64,000 nucleotides of DNA from the human T2T-CHM13v2.0 reference genome, Homo sapiens: the NCBI RefSeq assembly GCF_009914755.1, contig NC_060929.1, one strand, 5' to 3'. Under the pieces are notes generated by a model that made no database searches, was not told the origin of the DNA, and saw only the letters and a list, made by a program, of their open reading frames with translations. The position numbers were made by a program, and so were the translations under genes. Below, one piece after another: positions 28,163 to 41,519 of this stretch; within the stretch, counting starts at the first letter, position 1, and each line of letters starts with the position of its first letter.

Positions 28163-29317
28163 GCAATTGCTTCATATCTTAAGTTTTTGCTGTGAATATT
28201 ATGTTAATCCTTGCTATTTTTTCTAAGTGATAGGACCATACCTTGAAAGTTGTTATAATTTTCTTATTGTCCTTGATAGTCTTGAATTTCACTAAAATGT
28301 TTTCCAGTGACAATTTTTCATATTTTTCTTATTTGGCATCTTATGTGCTTTTGTTTCAAGATAATTTATCTCTGTTATTTATTTAAATATTTCCATTTTA
28401 TTTTTTTTAGATCTTTGAATTTTTTACCCCGTTATTAATTTTTCTACATCTATTCTACTTAATTTTAATTTGTTTTTAATTTATTGAAACCTTTTCTACA
28501 AAGAACTTACATTTGTTTTTCTAACCCATAATTTAGTATTCAGATACATTTGCTTCACTATTTTTGCCATCTTGTAAACAAATTTCAACTATACATAATT
28601 TTATATATAAACAAGCCCATTTGTAAAATGACTTATATATTTTGCTTTAAATTGATGATATATTTTCATTATTTTATCATCGATGCCTATAATGGAACAC
28701 TTCTACATCTAGTGGTATCTGTAATCAAATTTTTCCTTTTGATCATTGTTGTTCCTGTTGTTTTGTTTAATATTTTGTTTGTTTTAAATTAGTTTGCCTC
28801 CTCAGATGTCTTGTTATTTGAGTATGCAACTACAAAGTGATACCAAAACCCTAGACATCAGAAGAAAACTCTGACTCATTTTCATTTGCTAAAAGGCTAG
28901 CAAATATTCCTTGAGACAGAACATTCTCTCCAGCTCCTCAGGTTAAATGGCTTGGTGGGTGAGCTCTGAACTACTCCTGGGGGTTGAAAAGAGAAAGTGC
29001 ATGGGAGTGAATGCCCCAGGGTAGTTAATCACCGAACTGTTTACTCAACACTTGAACAGAGCAAGACTGCTGAGTTACTGGTCTGGAATAAAAGCTTTTG
29101 CTAGTGTTGCTGATTTATGCAATTTGGTGTGAGCATGTGTTTTTCCAGGGAGATGTATTCTTTTATTCTAATTTGTCAAAAAATTCTTCCTGGATACCTC
29201 TGCTCCAGATTAAATCAACATCTTTCAGAACCAACAAATTCCCAATGCTGTGTTGCCACAATTTTTGCTATTGTTGTTTAACAATAAATTCAAATTTGTA
29301 AATTCCCAATGCTGTGT

Positions 29318-29379
29318 TGGCCATTTAGGGCCAAGCCATGTGGCAAAACCTATGGGAAGAAGATGACCTCCTCTGACCA
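29318..29379 (+). repeat. Ectopic ~62-bp copy of ERVL internal sequence (homologous to 34440-34503)
   Basis: TGGCC-ATTTAGGGCCAAGCCATGTGGCAAAACCTATGGGAAGAA-GATGACCTCCTCTGACCA versus TGGCCCATATAGGGCCAACCCATGTGGCAAAACCTATGGGAAGAAGGATGACCTCCTCCAACCA. Confidence 0.92.
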
Positions 29380-29803
29380 AATGTTATGTTTAATAGTTGA
29401 TTTCATTTGAGAGGAACTGTAACCTTGTAAATTTACCATCTTGCAGAAATTTAAAAATCTCAGCTTTGTGTTACTGTTATGATGATCGTGTCAGTCTTGT
29501 ACTTTAAGTTAGTATATTTCCATTTCTTGTGAAAAATAGAAATTATAATAAGGTCTGTAGAATGACCACTTTTTTTCTTTCATATGCCCCTCATTTTAGC
29601 TAGTGCTTAAGTGCTAGATAGTGGGCTATTTAATTAATTAATTATTGATTGAGGAAAAACAACCCTTGGGGTATTATCTATTCATATTTATATAAAATAA
29701 ATGCTGCATTTAAATATTTTATTATGCATTTTCTCCAGTTACTGACTGGAGAACAATCTGTTCTTAAAAGCGAGACAATCTCTGATGAATGCTAGAGATC
29801 TGG

Positions 29804-30282
29804 TGTAGCAGGATGAACCACAGACAAAACCTCTCAGACACTGAGTTGTAGAAGGAAGGGCTTTATTCAGCTGGGAGCATCGGCAAGCTACTGCCTTAAA
29901 ATCCGAGCTCCCCGAGTGCACAATTTCTGTCCCTTTTAAGGGCTCACAACACTAAAGATTTCACATGAAAGGGTCGTGATTGATTTGAGCAAGCAAAGGG
30001 TACATGACAGGGGCTCATGCACTGGTGGTCAGAGAGAAACAGAACAGGGCAGGGAGTTTCACAATGTTCTTCTATACAGTGTCTGGAATCTCTGAATAAC
30101 ATCAGTTTCTAGGTTAGGAGTTGATTTTTAACTACTGGGTGTAGGCCAGGCAGTCCCAGGCCTGGTTTTGGGCCTCGTGCGGGGCTGCCTGTCTTTGATT
30201 TCACTTCCTTGTTTTTTTCTTAAAACAGGTACTGAGTATAAAACAATATAAAACAATATGAGAGGGTCTCTCTCTTCCCTCA
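29804..30282 (-). mobile_element. LTR2B-like ERV1 solo LTR
   Basis: Reverse complement starts TGAGGGAAGAGAGAGACCCTCTCATATTGTTTTATATTG and ends CCTGCTACA; flanks CTGG/TTGG. Confidence 0.82.
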
Positions 30283-31130
30283 TTGGCATACATTGTTATT
30301 AGCTTTTTGTATTTTTTAATAATGATTTTACAAATAGTTAAATGTAAACTATTGTATATGTTTATAGTCACTACTGGACAGTGAGCCTATTAAAGTCAGT
30401 GTTCTTCTCTATTAAACAAATGTGGAAATTAATATCTAATGTTTACTCAAACTTTTTCATGTTCCACCTACATTTATACTTGAGATGATACCAACTCTAG
30501 CTGCCTTCAAAGAAAGCATGTTCTGCCAGGGTAGAGAACTATGAAAACAAAGCCCATAAATAACAAATGTTGAGAACTGAAGATCACTTCAATGGAAACA
30601 AATTTAACTGCAGATAACAGAAAGGTCTGCCTAGGTAGAACATTTTTAGGAAGATTTAACTGAACCTAAATATTTAGCTAGTCAAACAGCACTATAGGGA
30701 GAAAAATCTACTTACATATTAAGAAGCACATTAGGCATAAATTGAAAATTAAATTAGAATCAAAAGCTAAACTGGAAAGATCCAAAATTATACATGATAG
30801 TTTCCAAAACTCTATTCTGTTTCAGCCTACAGCATGGTGTTATGTGATTACTTTTTTTTTTTTTAGTATTATTAGAACCAAATACTACATTAAGTAAATG
30901 ATATAAAAGCAAATCTAGATTTAAAAAATAAATCACAAAAGGTCCTAATTAAAAATGTATTTCCTAGAGAACCACATTTTGGAAGAGGATTCTTTAGTGA
31001 AATAGAGTAGCATGCCAGATTTATTTCTATGCTTCAAAAATATAACCACCAAAAATCAAACTACTTATACTCAGTTTTAGGGCCTTAAGAAAAATAATTA
31101 TTATAACTGCAAAATTACATATGGAGTTAC

Positions 31131-31519
31131 TGTCAGGTCTCTGAGCCCAAGCTAAGCCATCATATCCCCTGTGACCTGCCCATATACATCCAGATGGCCT
31201 GAAGCAACTGAAGCATCACAAAAGAAGTGAAAACGGCCAGTTCCTGCCTTAACTGATGATGTTACCTTGTGAAATTCCTTCTCCTGGCTCAGAAGCTCCC
31301 CCACTGAGCACCTTGTGACTCCTGCCCCTGCCGGCCACAAAACAACCCGTTTGATTGTAATTTTCCACTGCCTACCCAAATCCTATAAAACGGCCCCACC
31401 CTTATCTCCCTTCGCTGACTCTCTTTTTGGACTCAGCCCACCTGCACCCAGGTGATTGAAAAGCTTTATTGCTCACACAAAGCCTGTTTGGTGGTCTCTT
31501 CACATGGACGCGTATGACA
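31131..31519 (+). mobile_element. LTR7 (HERV-H) solo LTR
   Basis: TGTCAGGTCTCTGAGCCCAAGCTAAGCCATC...GCTCACACAAAGCCTGTTTGGTGGTCTCTTCACATGGACGCGTATGACA; perfect 5-bp TSD GTTAC. Confidence 0.95.
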
Positions 31520-31819
31520 GTTACAAAATAAAATACATATTTAAATAGAAATGTATGTCTAATAGCTAACAGTTCTCTGTTCTCTCTGATATCTGGCTTT
31601 TTTTTTTTTTTTGCCTTTTAAATAACTGGTTGGGGCAGGAGAGAGGTACAGATCAGAAAAGCACACTCTGACATCAGTCTCTGCCATCACTCCAGCTTTT
31701 CTCTCAATGAGAACTATCACAGACATTAGAAGACAAGCGTTATATTGCTTTGCTTGAAGGCTGAACAGAAGGTGAAGGACTGAAAACACTGCTCTTGCTT
31801 CTGGGAAGAAAATGTCCCA

Positions 31820-32305
31820 CAAAACTCCTGCTTTTATGAAGCATAGCCTCTATTAAAGAGATACAAATAATTAAATCAGAAAATAAATATATAATAAGTC
31901 TGGAAGCCAAAGGGTTTAGGAAGAAGGATAATCAAGGGCAAGGGGAAAGAAAGTGATGAGGGAATGAAGTGCGATTTAAGATGGGGTGGTTAGAGAGAGC
32001 CTCTCTGCTACTGTTATGTTGGACAAAGGCAAAAAAATAAAATGACGGAACAATGCATAATGGCAGAAACAATTCCAGGCAGTGGGAGCAGCAAGAGAAT
32101 ACTCCAAAGCAGGGATGCTGTTGGTGCATTGAGGAATATTATTAAAGCCGGTATAACTGGAGCAAAAGAATGGAGCAAGAGAGCTATATGAGAAGAGTAC
32201 AGTCAGGAGGAGTGTGTGCTTGTGGGTACAAGTAGAAGGTATCACATAGGGCCATGAGCCCTAAAAAACATCCAAAGGATCACCTGTGAGACAGGAAACA
32301 GAGGA
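31820..32305 (-). mobile_element. Decayed L2 3' fragment
   Basis: GGCAGAAACAATTCCAGGCAGTGGGAGCAGCAAGAGAATACTCCAAAGCAGGGA...TTGAGGAA. Confidence 0.6.
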
Positions 32306-33354
32306 GTGTGTTTGTATTATTTATAGTTTATAAAATAATAATTAGCATGACTGTCAGAAAGAGAATTGGCTATTGCTGGGATGAGGCAGCAGATAATAAA
32401 TCCTGTTCCACCTCTGAGATGGAGAAGCTGGCATCTATCAAGACTCACTCCTCTCTCCATCAGCAGCTGCAAGTAAGTAGGTGGTTGGCATAAGGGCAAG
32501 GTGACCACACCCTGATCGAGTGGCTGTGGGCAGTCATATGGACTGTGTGGAATGATGCTGGTGAAATACCTGAAAGTCACAGTTGTATGCAGATTTGGTG
32601 CAAGTCATCCAGGAGATGGGTATGCAACAGGCTGTATTTGACCTGAATACCCGGAGCCAGCTGATGGACGTTTCACCTCCCATATGAAGGATCTCATGTT
32701 GGGCTCTGTGCGCCCGAGCACTTTTGTCTCTCCAGTTACTGTCCTCTCCCGTATGTAGGGCACCACATATGTAAAGTGACCACTGATATGGTGGCTCTCA
32801 GGGAAGCAGAAGGCTGTTGGCAGGACCAAGGGGTCTATGCCTTAAAGAAGGGGAAGATGCCTTGCCTGCAGGGCCACCCCACCATGGGTAAAAAGGGAGC
32901 CCCAACGAGTGACATGCTCACAGATGTGGATAGATTTGGTTTTGGCTGGGGTTGACTAAGAAAATCAATAAGCAGCCCAATGAAGTACTCTTCACTTTAT
33001 GGAGACAGCTGTCTGTGGACCAGAAATTTCAGAAAATGCCCAGGGGGGAGAAAGACATTGCTGTGTGACCTGGTCCTGCCTGGATGCTTCAACTCAAAGA
33101 CTACTTGCTGCAGCCAGGAGGAAATGTAGAGCCTTTTCTACTTGATTAGGGAAGTGGCTGAGGTGCCCGGGTTTGGGGGACACCAGATGACCGGAGGCAA
33201 CATGTGGACTTAGCAATCCACTAGTCCCTGCACCCAAATAATTTTCTGGGCAAAGCTGCATACATAGACAGTTATGAAAGCTGGTCAATGAAAGTGAAAC
33301 CTGTATTTTTGAACCTTGGCATAGGCTGTTTGGCTTCATGCTTCCATACTGTGT

Positions 33355-34400
33355 ATGTCTCTTCCATACCTGAATACATTCTGGGAGTTGGATATTTTAC
33401 ATGGCTTGGCAGCTGTGCCATCTGTCACGGATTTGATGGACCATTTGACTACAGAATTGGGATGGTGCCGCTATGTGGTAGATTTGGCCAATGCATTCTT
33501 CTCAATCGACATTGCTCTAGAGAGCCAGGAATGGTTTGCCTTCATGGGAGGGCAACAATGGATTTTCACAGTGTTGCTGCGGGGCTGTGTGCATAGTTTC
33601 ACCACGTGTTGTGGTCTTGCTAATGATATTATGCTAACTTCTGATTCTCTTGCCGATTTAGAAGTGGCAGTGCTCCTTTTGCCTAGAATTAAGATGATGC
33701 AGCTGAGACATCCTTCCTGACAGCCAAGCAGGCTATTCAGCAGGGCCAAGCCTTACAGGTAGTTGACCAGGGGCACCTGTTTGAGCTGGATGTGCACACG
33801 ACCACAGATGGTTTTGGTTGGGGCCTGTGGCAGTGCATGAAGCACTCGAGAATGCCAGTTGGCTTTTTGTCCCAACTGTGGGAGTGAGAAGAGCTCTGGT
33901 ATTCACCAATAGAGAAGCAGTTAGTAACTTCATATGCTGCCCTTTAGGCTCATAAGAGCATGGCAAGATGGGCTACAGTCATTATGAGGATGACTTACCC
34001 AATAGTGGGGTGGATACATCCATAGGTAATGAACCCCTGGATTCGGACAGCACAGACATCCACTTTAGCAAAGTGGGGCGATTACTGAGAACAGTGGAGT
34101 ATGCTGAGTTCAAGTCCTTTAGCACCAGAGTTGCAAGAAGTTTGGGACCTGTAGTCCTAATGCAAGAGAAGGCCATTGGGCCTGAGGCATCCTTAGAGCC
34201 TGAGCCATCGCCATTTAAGAAAGGGTGTCCCTCCATTCCTGATGGGGCATGGTACACAGATGGGTCCAGCCAAGGTCCTACTGCTGCCTGAACCACTGTT
34301 GCAGTCCAACCTAGTACTGACACCATATGGTTTGAAACCAGGTGTGGACAAAGTAGCCAATTGGCTAAATTTAGAGCAGTATGGATGGTGATCACCAAGG
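33355..34400 (+). pseudogene. Decayed, internally deleted retroviral pol (RT and RNase H remnants)
   Basis: ORF 33355-33720 contains YVVDLANAFFSI (RT motif) and FTVLLRGCVHS (degenerate LPQGY.HSP); no intact YxDD; ORF 33968-34291 ends DGAWYTDGSSQG (RNase H first motif). Confidence 0.85.
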
Positions 34401-34627
34401 AGGTTAACTTGGAAGTTACAGAATTGACTAGTTAGTCACTGGCCCATATAGGGCCAACCCATGTGGCAAAACCTATGGGAAGAAGGATGACCTCCTCCAA
34501 CCAGCTATGGGAATGCACTGTAACCTGTTGCTTCCTGCCCCAATGTCCCTAAGGGCAGGGGAACAAAAAACCTGGCTTAATGTATAAAGTAACATTGGGG
34601 TAATGTAACCATGGGGTGGTTGCCCAC

Positions 34628-34910
34628 ATGTGTTGGACCTGTGTGTCAGGGGCCTGTGTGCCAAGCCTCTGTATCAGACCTGTGTGCCAAGACCTATAAG
34701 TCAAGCCTGTGTATCAGGCTGGTGTTCCCAGAGCTTATGTGTCAGGCTTATGTGTTAAGTCTGTGTGTCAGGCCTGTGTGTATGTATCAGGCCTGTGTGC
34801 CCAGAGCCTATTTGTTAGGCTTACGTTTCCAGCCTTTGTTGGACCTGTGTGCCCAAAAGCTATGTATAAGGCCTATATGTCAGACCTGTGTGTCCAAGGC
34901 CTATGTCTCC
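34628..34910. repeat. Degenerate tandem array (~12-14-bp core GGCCTGTGTGTCA) in the ERV 3' internal region
   Basis: Repeated (G/A)CCT(G/A)TGTG(T/C)CA variants over about 280 bp. Confidence 0.85.
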
Positions 34911-35337
34911 CTCAGCCTAGGAAGTGGAGTGTAAGGAAAATGGATGTACTGCCGTCCAGAATAGGCCAAGGCAGACATCTGGTCCAGCATGACTCAGGAA
35001 GTTTGGAGCACAGGTACACAATGCCACATATTAGGTAACCACACCACACGAGGTGCATTAAGTAACCACTCACGTGCACTCGTGCTTGGCTCAGAGTCAC
35101 TATTGTCTGTAAAAGGTGTAATTACCCTGCTAATGCTGTACATACAGTTTGCATGTGTCCATGGATTGCTTGTGCCCATGGCTTGTTTGCACCCACAGCT
35201 TGCTGCCATTCATGGCTCCCTTGCACCCACAGAGAGAGTAAAAGCCATGTTGAAACTGTTTACGATTCCTAGAGTGTTTTTCCAGCTATCTGCCACTTGC
35301 CCAGAGACCCCCCTTGGACCTCAGTGACAACCTGACA

Positions 35338-35771
35338 TAAGGAATTGGCTCATATAATTATGGAGGCTGACAGATCCCAAGATCTGCAGTCAGCAAGGTG
35401 GAGACCCAACTGAGCCAATGGCATAAGTTTCAGTCCGAAAGCCATTAGAACTGAGACCTAGAGGGAAGATTCAATGCTTCAGTTCACACCTGAGAGCAGG
35501 AAAAACATAATGTCTCAGCTGAAAGGCAGTCAGGCAGGAGGAGTTCCTTCTTACTCCCGGAAGGATCAGTTTTTTTGTTTTATTCAGACATTCAACTGAA
35601 TTGATGAAGCCCATCGGTCCATTAAGGAGGCCAATATACTTCCCTCACTCTATAGATTCAAATGTTAACTTCACTCCGAAACACCCTTAAAGACACATCC
35701 AGAAAATTGAGTGTAGGACCAAATGGCACCTTGTAGCCCAGTCAAGTTGACAAACACAATTAACCATCATA
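35338..35771 (-). mobile_element. MLT2B-type ERVL LTR, partial
   Basis: TAAGGAATTGGCTCATATAATTATGGAGGCTGACAGATCCCAAGATCTGCAGTCAGCAAG...GCCCAGTCAAGTTGACA...AATTAACCATCA. Confidence 0.82.
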
Positions 35772-36010
35772 ATGAGTGTATCATAAAATGACTTATTTTC
35801 CTCCAAAAATTAATTTTTTGATTTGCAGCCAAGAGGTCAGTAGAAGAGATGTGATAACAATTAACAACAGGCAAGATCAATCTTGTAGTGATAAATTAGC
35901 TAACTATAAAAAATATGCTGATAACATGCATTTAGCATTACTCATTTCATTATAGAAAAAATAGTCATAAAGGTCCACATCTTTTCCTAGGGAACAAAAA
36001 TATTAAGGAG

Positions 36011-36330
36011 TTTTTGGTAGCAAGGCTTTAAGATAGCCCCATGTGATTCTTACCTCCTGGTACTCATGACCTTGTGCAGTATCCCGCATTACATCTGGGA
36101 CTGTCTGTGTGACCAGTGGAACACAACAGAAGTGATTGCATATCACTTCTGAGACCAGGTCATATAAGCTATTAGGTCTTCTCTCATTCAACAACTGTGA
36201 GTGAAAACAGAGGAGCTTTTAATAAATGGTTTGTAGTAACAGGGTGACATTTGAGGAGGCTGCTTAAGGGGAAACTGTGACTTAAAATACCAAGAAACAA
36301 ATAGATTAAAGTTCCCCTTGGAAATCCAGA
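36011..36330 (+). mobile_element. MLT1F/G-like LTR fragment
   Basis: TAAGATAGCCCCATGTGATTCTTACCTCCTGGTACTCATGACCTTGTG...CAGAAGTGATTGCATATCACTTCTGAGAC. Confidence 0.6.
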
Positions 36331-36485
36331 CACCTGAAGAGATTTGAGAGAAAGTCCTAATTGTAGCTAGAATCAGATCGGTGAGTTTCATCTCTACCCA
36401 ATCAATACAGTTCACAGCTATAACTAAATATTTCTTCTCTTACAGTGCTCTAGTTCCTACTTGGTATAAATATTTGTCTGTGAAG

Positions 36486-36868
36486 TGCAATGATTTAAAT
36501 GTGTCCCCTAAATGTTATGTGTTGGAAATTTAATCCCCAAGGCAACAGTTTTGAGAGGTAACACGTTTGGGAGTTGATTAGCCCATGAGGCCACTGCCCA
36601 CATGAAAAGATTAATCGTGTTATTGTGGGAGTTGAGTTCCTAATGAATGAATTTGGGCGCCTTCCTCTTTTGTTCTCATCTCACCTGCAAAAATTCTTGT
36701 GTTTCTGCCTTCCACCATGGAATGATATAGTAAGAAGCCCCTAGCCAGATATGGGCACCTCGATCTTGGACTTCTCAGCCTCCAGAACCGCACAAAATAA
36801 CTTTCTGTTCTTTATAAATTAACCAATCTCAGCTATTCGGTTGTAGCAGCAAAAAACAGATTAAGACA
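36486..36868 (+). mobile_element. MSTC/MSTD-like MaLR solo LTR
   Basis: TGCAATGATTTAAATGTGTCCCC...TGGAAATTTAATCCCCAA...TTGGACTTCTCAGCCTCCAGAAC...AACAGATTAAGACA. Confidence 0.78.
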
Positions 36869-39800
36869 AGGAGAAAGTTCTTTCTTCTCTTGCTGCTGAT
36901 GCAATTCCAGCACTGCTCAGCTTAAGAGGCAAGAATGAGCCTGTCCTTCCTACCTGTTTTGTTTTCCAAAGTTGGGAATGTCCATCAACTGACTCCTTAC
37001 CTTTACATTTTTGCCCTTTTTGGCAATTGTGATGGATATGAGTGTGGAGGACTAGCATGTGCAAGATTTTTCTTCTTGCCTGGATGCCTTAATGTATTTA
37101 CCTTAAAATTTTGGAAGAAAATAAAGATTGAAACCAGATTAAAAGCACATGTTTATAAATAATTTAGGCATACATACACAAATACTGTGAACAATGAATG
37201 GGTTTTCAAACAACTTAATTTTGCAAAGGAGATGGTAAGAAGTTGAAAAGCCTTTATGTATATACAAGCCGCATTTCCTCTTTCCCAAGCTCTTGTTATC
37301 TGTTTCTGTGCGTTTTCACTGACTGTTAAAGGCAACATGTTTTTCCCTCTCTGTCTGGGTATTCTGTATCTGTGTGCCATCTGCCCTGTCTGACATTATT
37401 TCTGGATAAATATACTCTTTGTTTTAGTGAGTTCCCTACCTTATTTCAGTGGTAGAGTCCAGTTCTGCTTGGGCTCCATGATTTAAAAAGCCTGCCTTAT
37501 GCAGTGTTATGATACTTCTTCTCTAACATCAATCTGCATTCTGCCATCCACAGCCCAGGGAAACTGCAGTAGAGTAATTAGCAGTATCCGAATTACAATT
37601 TTACCAAGAAGGCACAAAGGGGCAAGAGCCGAGGGCAACAAGAGGATGATTAAGTTTTATCAGTAGTTTTTAAACTTTCCTTTTCTACTGTTCATAAATA
37701 CATTTAGATTATCAAGGACATTTACTTAAAAGAAATACAAATCAGTTCTTATCTTACCAATTAAAACAATTTTTTAAAAATTTTGATCTTTGAAGATGTC
37801 ATTTTTTCTTTAGTAAGCAGTAAAGCTTTGTACCCAGAAATGTTCCTCATCAATGCAATTTGATAACATCCAGTGAATTAAGACACCAAAGTACTTAGCA
37901 TGATTAAACTGCTGATAAATGTGTATTCTTGAATTCATCAAGAAGCATTGTCATATGATATTATAGATTTTTTTTTTCTCAACTTCATGTGGACTGTTTT
38001 GGTTACTTTTTTGTTTTAATTCTGTTAAAAGGCAGCTAACTAAATATTGAACTTAAAATGAGAATCATTTTTTTCCAAACAAATTTAAGTAAATAACTTG
38101 TATTAATTTACTTTGCTTATGAGAGAACTACTCAAGACAAAAGTAGATAGTAGTCTTGAATTTATAAGTAATTCAACTTTCTTTTATCCAGAATGCACTC
38201 TCTTTGGAAGGTGTTGCATTTAGTTGACTTGCTTTTGTTACATACGTGTCATACATTTGCTATTTTTGTTATTTTTGCTCCAATATATATTAAAATTTTT
38301 TTTAATTTAAATCCATTTATAGGATTTACAATGAAACTCTAGAGTATTTTAACCTTTTTGTCCTGCTGGAGAAAAAAATAGTACATTATGTGTTTTCTTA
38401 TATACCCACAAACCAGTGGGTTCAGAAATATTCAATTATACCTGTGAAGAGAAAATAGAAAAAAAAAAGGGAAATATGTGTAGTAAAAATTTGGATGAGC
38501 AGACTTTTAAAAACAGCATATTAAATTGGAGAAGAACAACTAAAATGACTGAGTCCCAGACTATTTAGTTTAGCTATTTGCATGCAAAAGTAATAGAGCA
38601 TTAACAAACTATTGTGCAATCTGGTGTAATTGCTCTACCCATGCAACCCTCATATACCGTGGATATACTTGTGTACAAAATAGCTATGATACCAGCATAA
38701 CAGAGAAATAAAACTTTAAAGCTTGGTTTTATGTGGTAGGGAAGAGGAATCAAAGATATTATAGAACTCAGGTAGGGTTTTTACTGTCTTGTCTTCTTTT
38801 GGGAGCTACCAGCTGCTACACTCACACAAATAGATTAGTTGAAAAATATATTAAAATGTACAAATTATATCTCTACGGTGAAATTAATGACTACTTCATT
38901 CACCATAAAAGATAATTTTACAAAGGAAATACTGCATCATTAAAGTTAGCATTTATGAAACCCAAATGTGCACAATAAAATGACAGCAGCTTGCTCAAAA
39001 CAGTGTTATATCCTGCTAAAGTGTTTATCTTTTAAAAGAAAGAGCAACGATACAATTCCACTCTTCTAAGGAGGACACAAAGGGTCCTGCTAAATTCACT
39101 TATCTTGTTTTAGGGTACAAGGATTTTAGTGATCTTTAAAATCTTAAAACAGAGCACATTTTTATTTTATTGTTGTATTGTGTGATACCAAAATTATTCA
39201 TTAAAGGATTGTTAATGATATGGTAGATATACTAAAATAGTTTAATTGTTAGACAAATTGGGATAATTACATACAGATGATTTAATTAATGAGATATTAA
39301 AATACACTGATACATTTACAAAATTGTGAAGTCTCACTGAGTTCAGAACTAGACTTGAATCACTATTCTATTTCAAAACTAATTAAATCAGCTGTAGTGA
39401 ACCATCTCCAAGTCAATGCTTTCAACATTGAAGGCATTTCTGTCACAAAGTATAGCAGTTTTAAAGCCACTTTGCCAAGAATATTGGAATGGTAAATGAG
39501 GATAATCTTTCGCTTCCTATCAGTGCTCTAAATACAAGGAAAATTGCGGCGTCATACCTACTTATGATTATAATAAACTTCTGCATAGGGCCAAGTGATT
39601 CTTCCATTGGTTTCAGAGAGCCAGCACCGATTCTTACATGTCCTCTTGCCAGTGCATTAGTCATATAAATAACAAGGATAAATAGTGCTTTTTATATACT
39701 TATGTTTTCCTTTCTATTGTGGGGGATGATGAAATTTAAATTTATCAAGGATTTTGACTCTTAAGAAAAGGAGATAGTACCCAACTATCAGTAGATTGAG

Positions 39801-40118
39801 TAATGTGAAACATATTTGATTACCAATTCAAAGAAGAAACATGAAGATTGCAATACAAAAAAGTGATTACACTTTGATGTGCTGTTTGTCTGTAAATGTT
39901 CTAGGTTATGCTTAATATCATAACCTAACTTTTGCTGTGCAGAATAACTTCTTTCTATTATTAATACGATGAAGAAGCTATGCATGCATTGAATGCACTT
40001 TTCTTGGAAATATGTACCAAATGATACAGGTATTATGGGTGCAGAAGCAGGAATTAAGGAAACCTGATAATTTAATGAGGAAGGTGACTGTAGTCAGATG
40101 AGAACTCACTATATCTGA

Positions 40119-40525
<407 letters not shown>

Positions 40526-41251
40526 TGCTTCATCTCTTTAAAAAACAGATTTTATAGAGCTTACAAAACTACATGCAGTCGCCATGAAATAAAATAGTTA
40601 CAAAATTAGTAAAGAAAAAATTAAAAATGAGTAAAAAGAAAGCAGAGGTTCATGTGCATGGAGCAATATACATTTTAAATGTATACTCTGTTAATGAAAG
40701 CATGTGTCAAAATCAGATCTGATCATTCTGGTGAGTATCCAAAGAAAAAATAAAAAATAAGGCTTTTACAAATTTAGCACAGTATGTTTTTTCATGTGAA
40801 GTGCTGAATGAAAACAGTAAAATGCTTCTCTTAATGTGCAAGACTAGTTTCAAATAGCAATGCGATACAAATTGAAGGTACAATACTGTTAAGCCAATGA
40901 CCAAAAAAAAAGTTTAATATCATACTTCAGTGTCTAATGGCTGGCATAATTCAACTTTAAGATGAAATATCTACAAAAGGATTATAATTAATATTTTGGA
41001 AGTAATTATTATTGCCACCCCTTTCAACTCTTGCTCCTTAGAAACCTTTCATAGTCATTGACATTAGATAGTTCTGTTATATCCTTGGAAAATACATTTG
41101 TTATTGAAAAATTTGGGTTAAGAATTAAGAACATTTATCTATAGAAACTTAAGTATGAAAGGTATTGTTAAGTGGCAGATAAAATTGATGTAATGTAACT
41201 TAACTGACTAGTTTTCTAAGTTCCTCTATGACTTTAGAACTATCTTGGCTG

Positions 41252-41519
<268 letters not shown>

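Larger units (their letters stand above)
32370..35337 (+). mobile_element. ERVL (HERVL18/HERVL32-type) proviral remnant: internal region plus 3' LTR (34930-35337); 5' LTR missing
   Basis: gag-like WDEAADNKSCSTSEMEKLASI; RT motif; RNase H-like AWYTDGSS; purine tract AGGAAGTGGAG then LTR TGTAAGGAAAATGGATGT...AACCTGACA. Confidence 0.82.

Noticed and set aside
33355-34398. ORFs with RT and RNase H motifs as a functional or novel reverse transcriptase system
   Set aside because: Fragmented across frames, catalytic YxDD absent, and embedded in an ERVL remnant.
34611-35038. Cys-rich repetitive ORFs, and an array that might suggest CRISPR
   Set aside because: Translation of a degenerate tandem repeat in the ERV; there is no constant repeat with unique spacers and no cas genes, and the DNA is primate.
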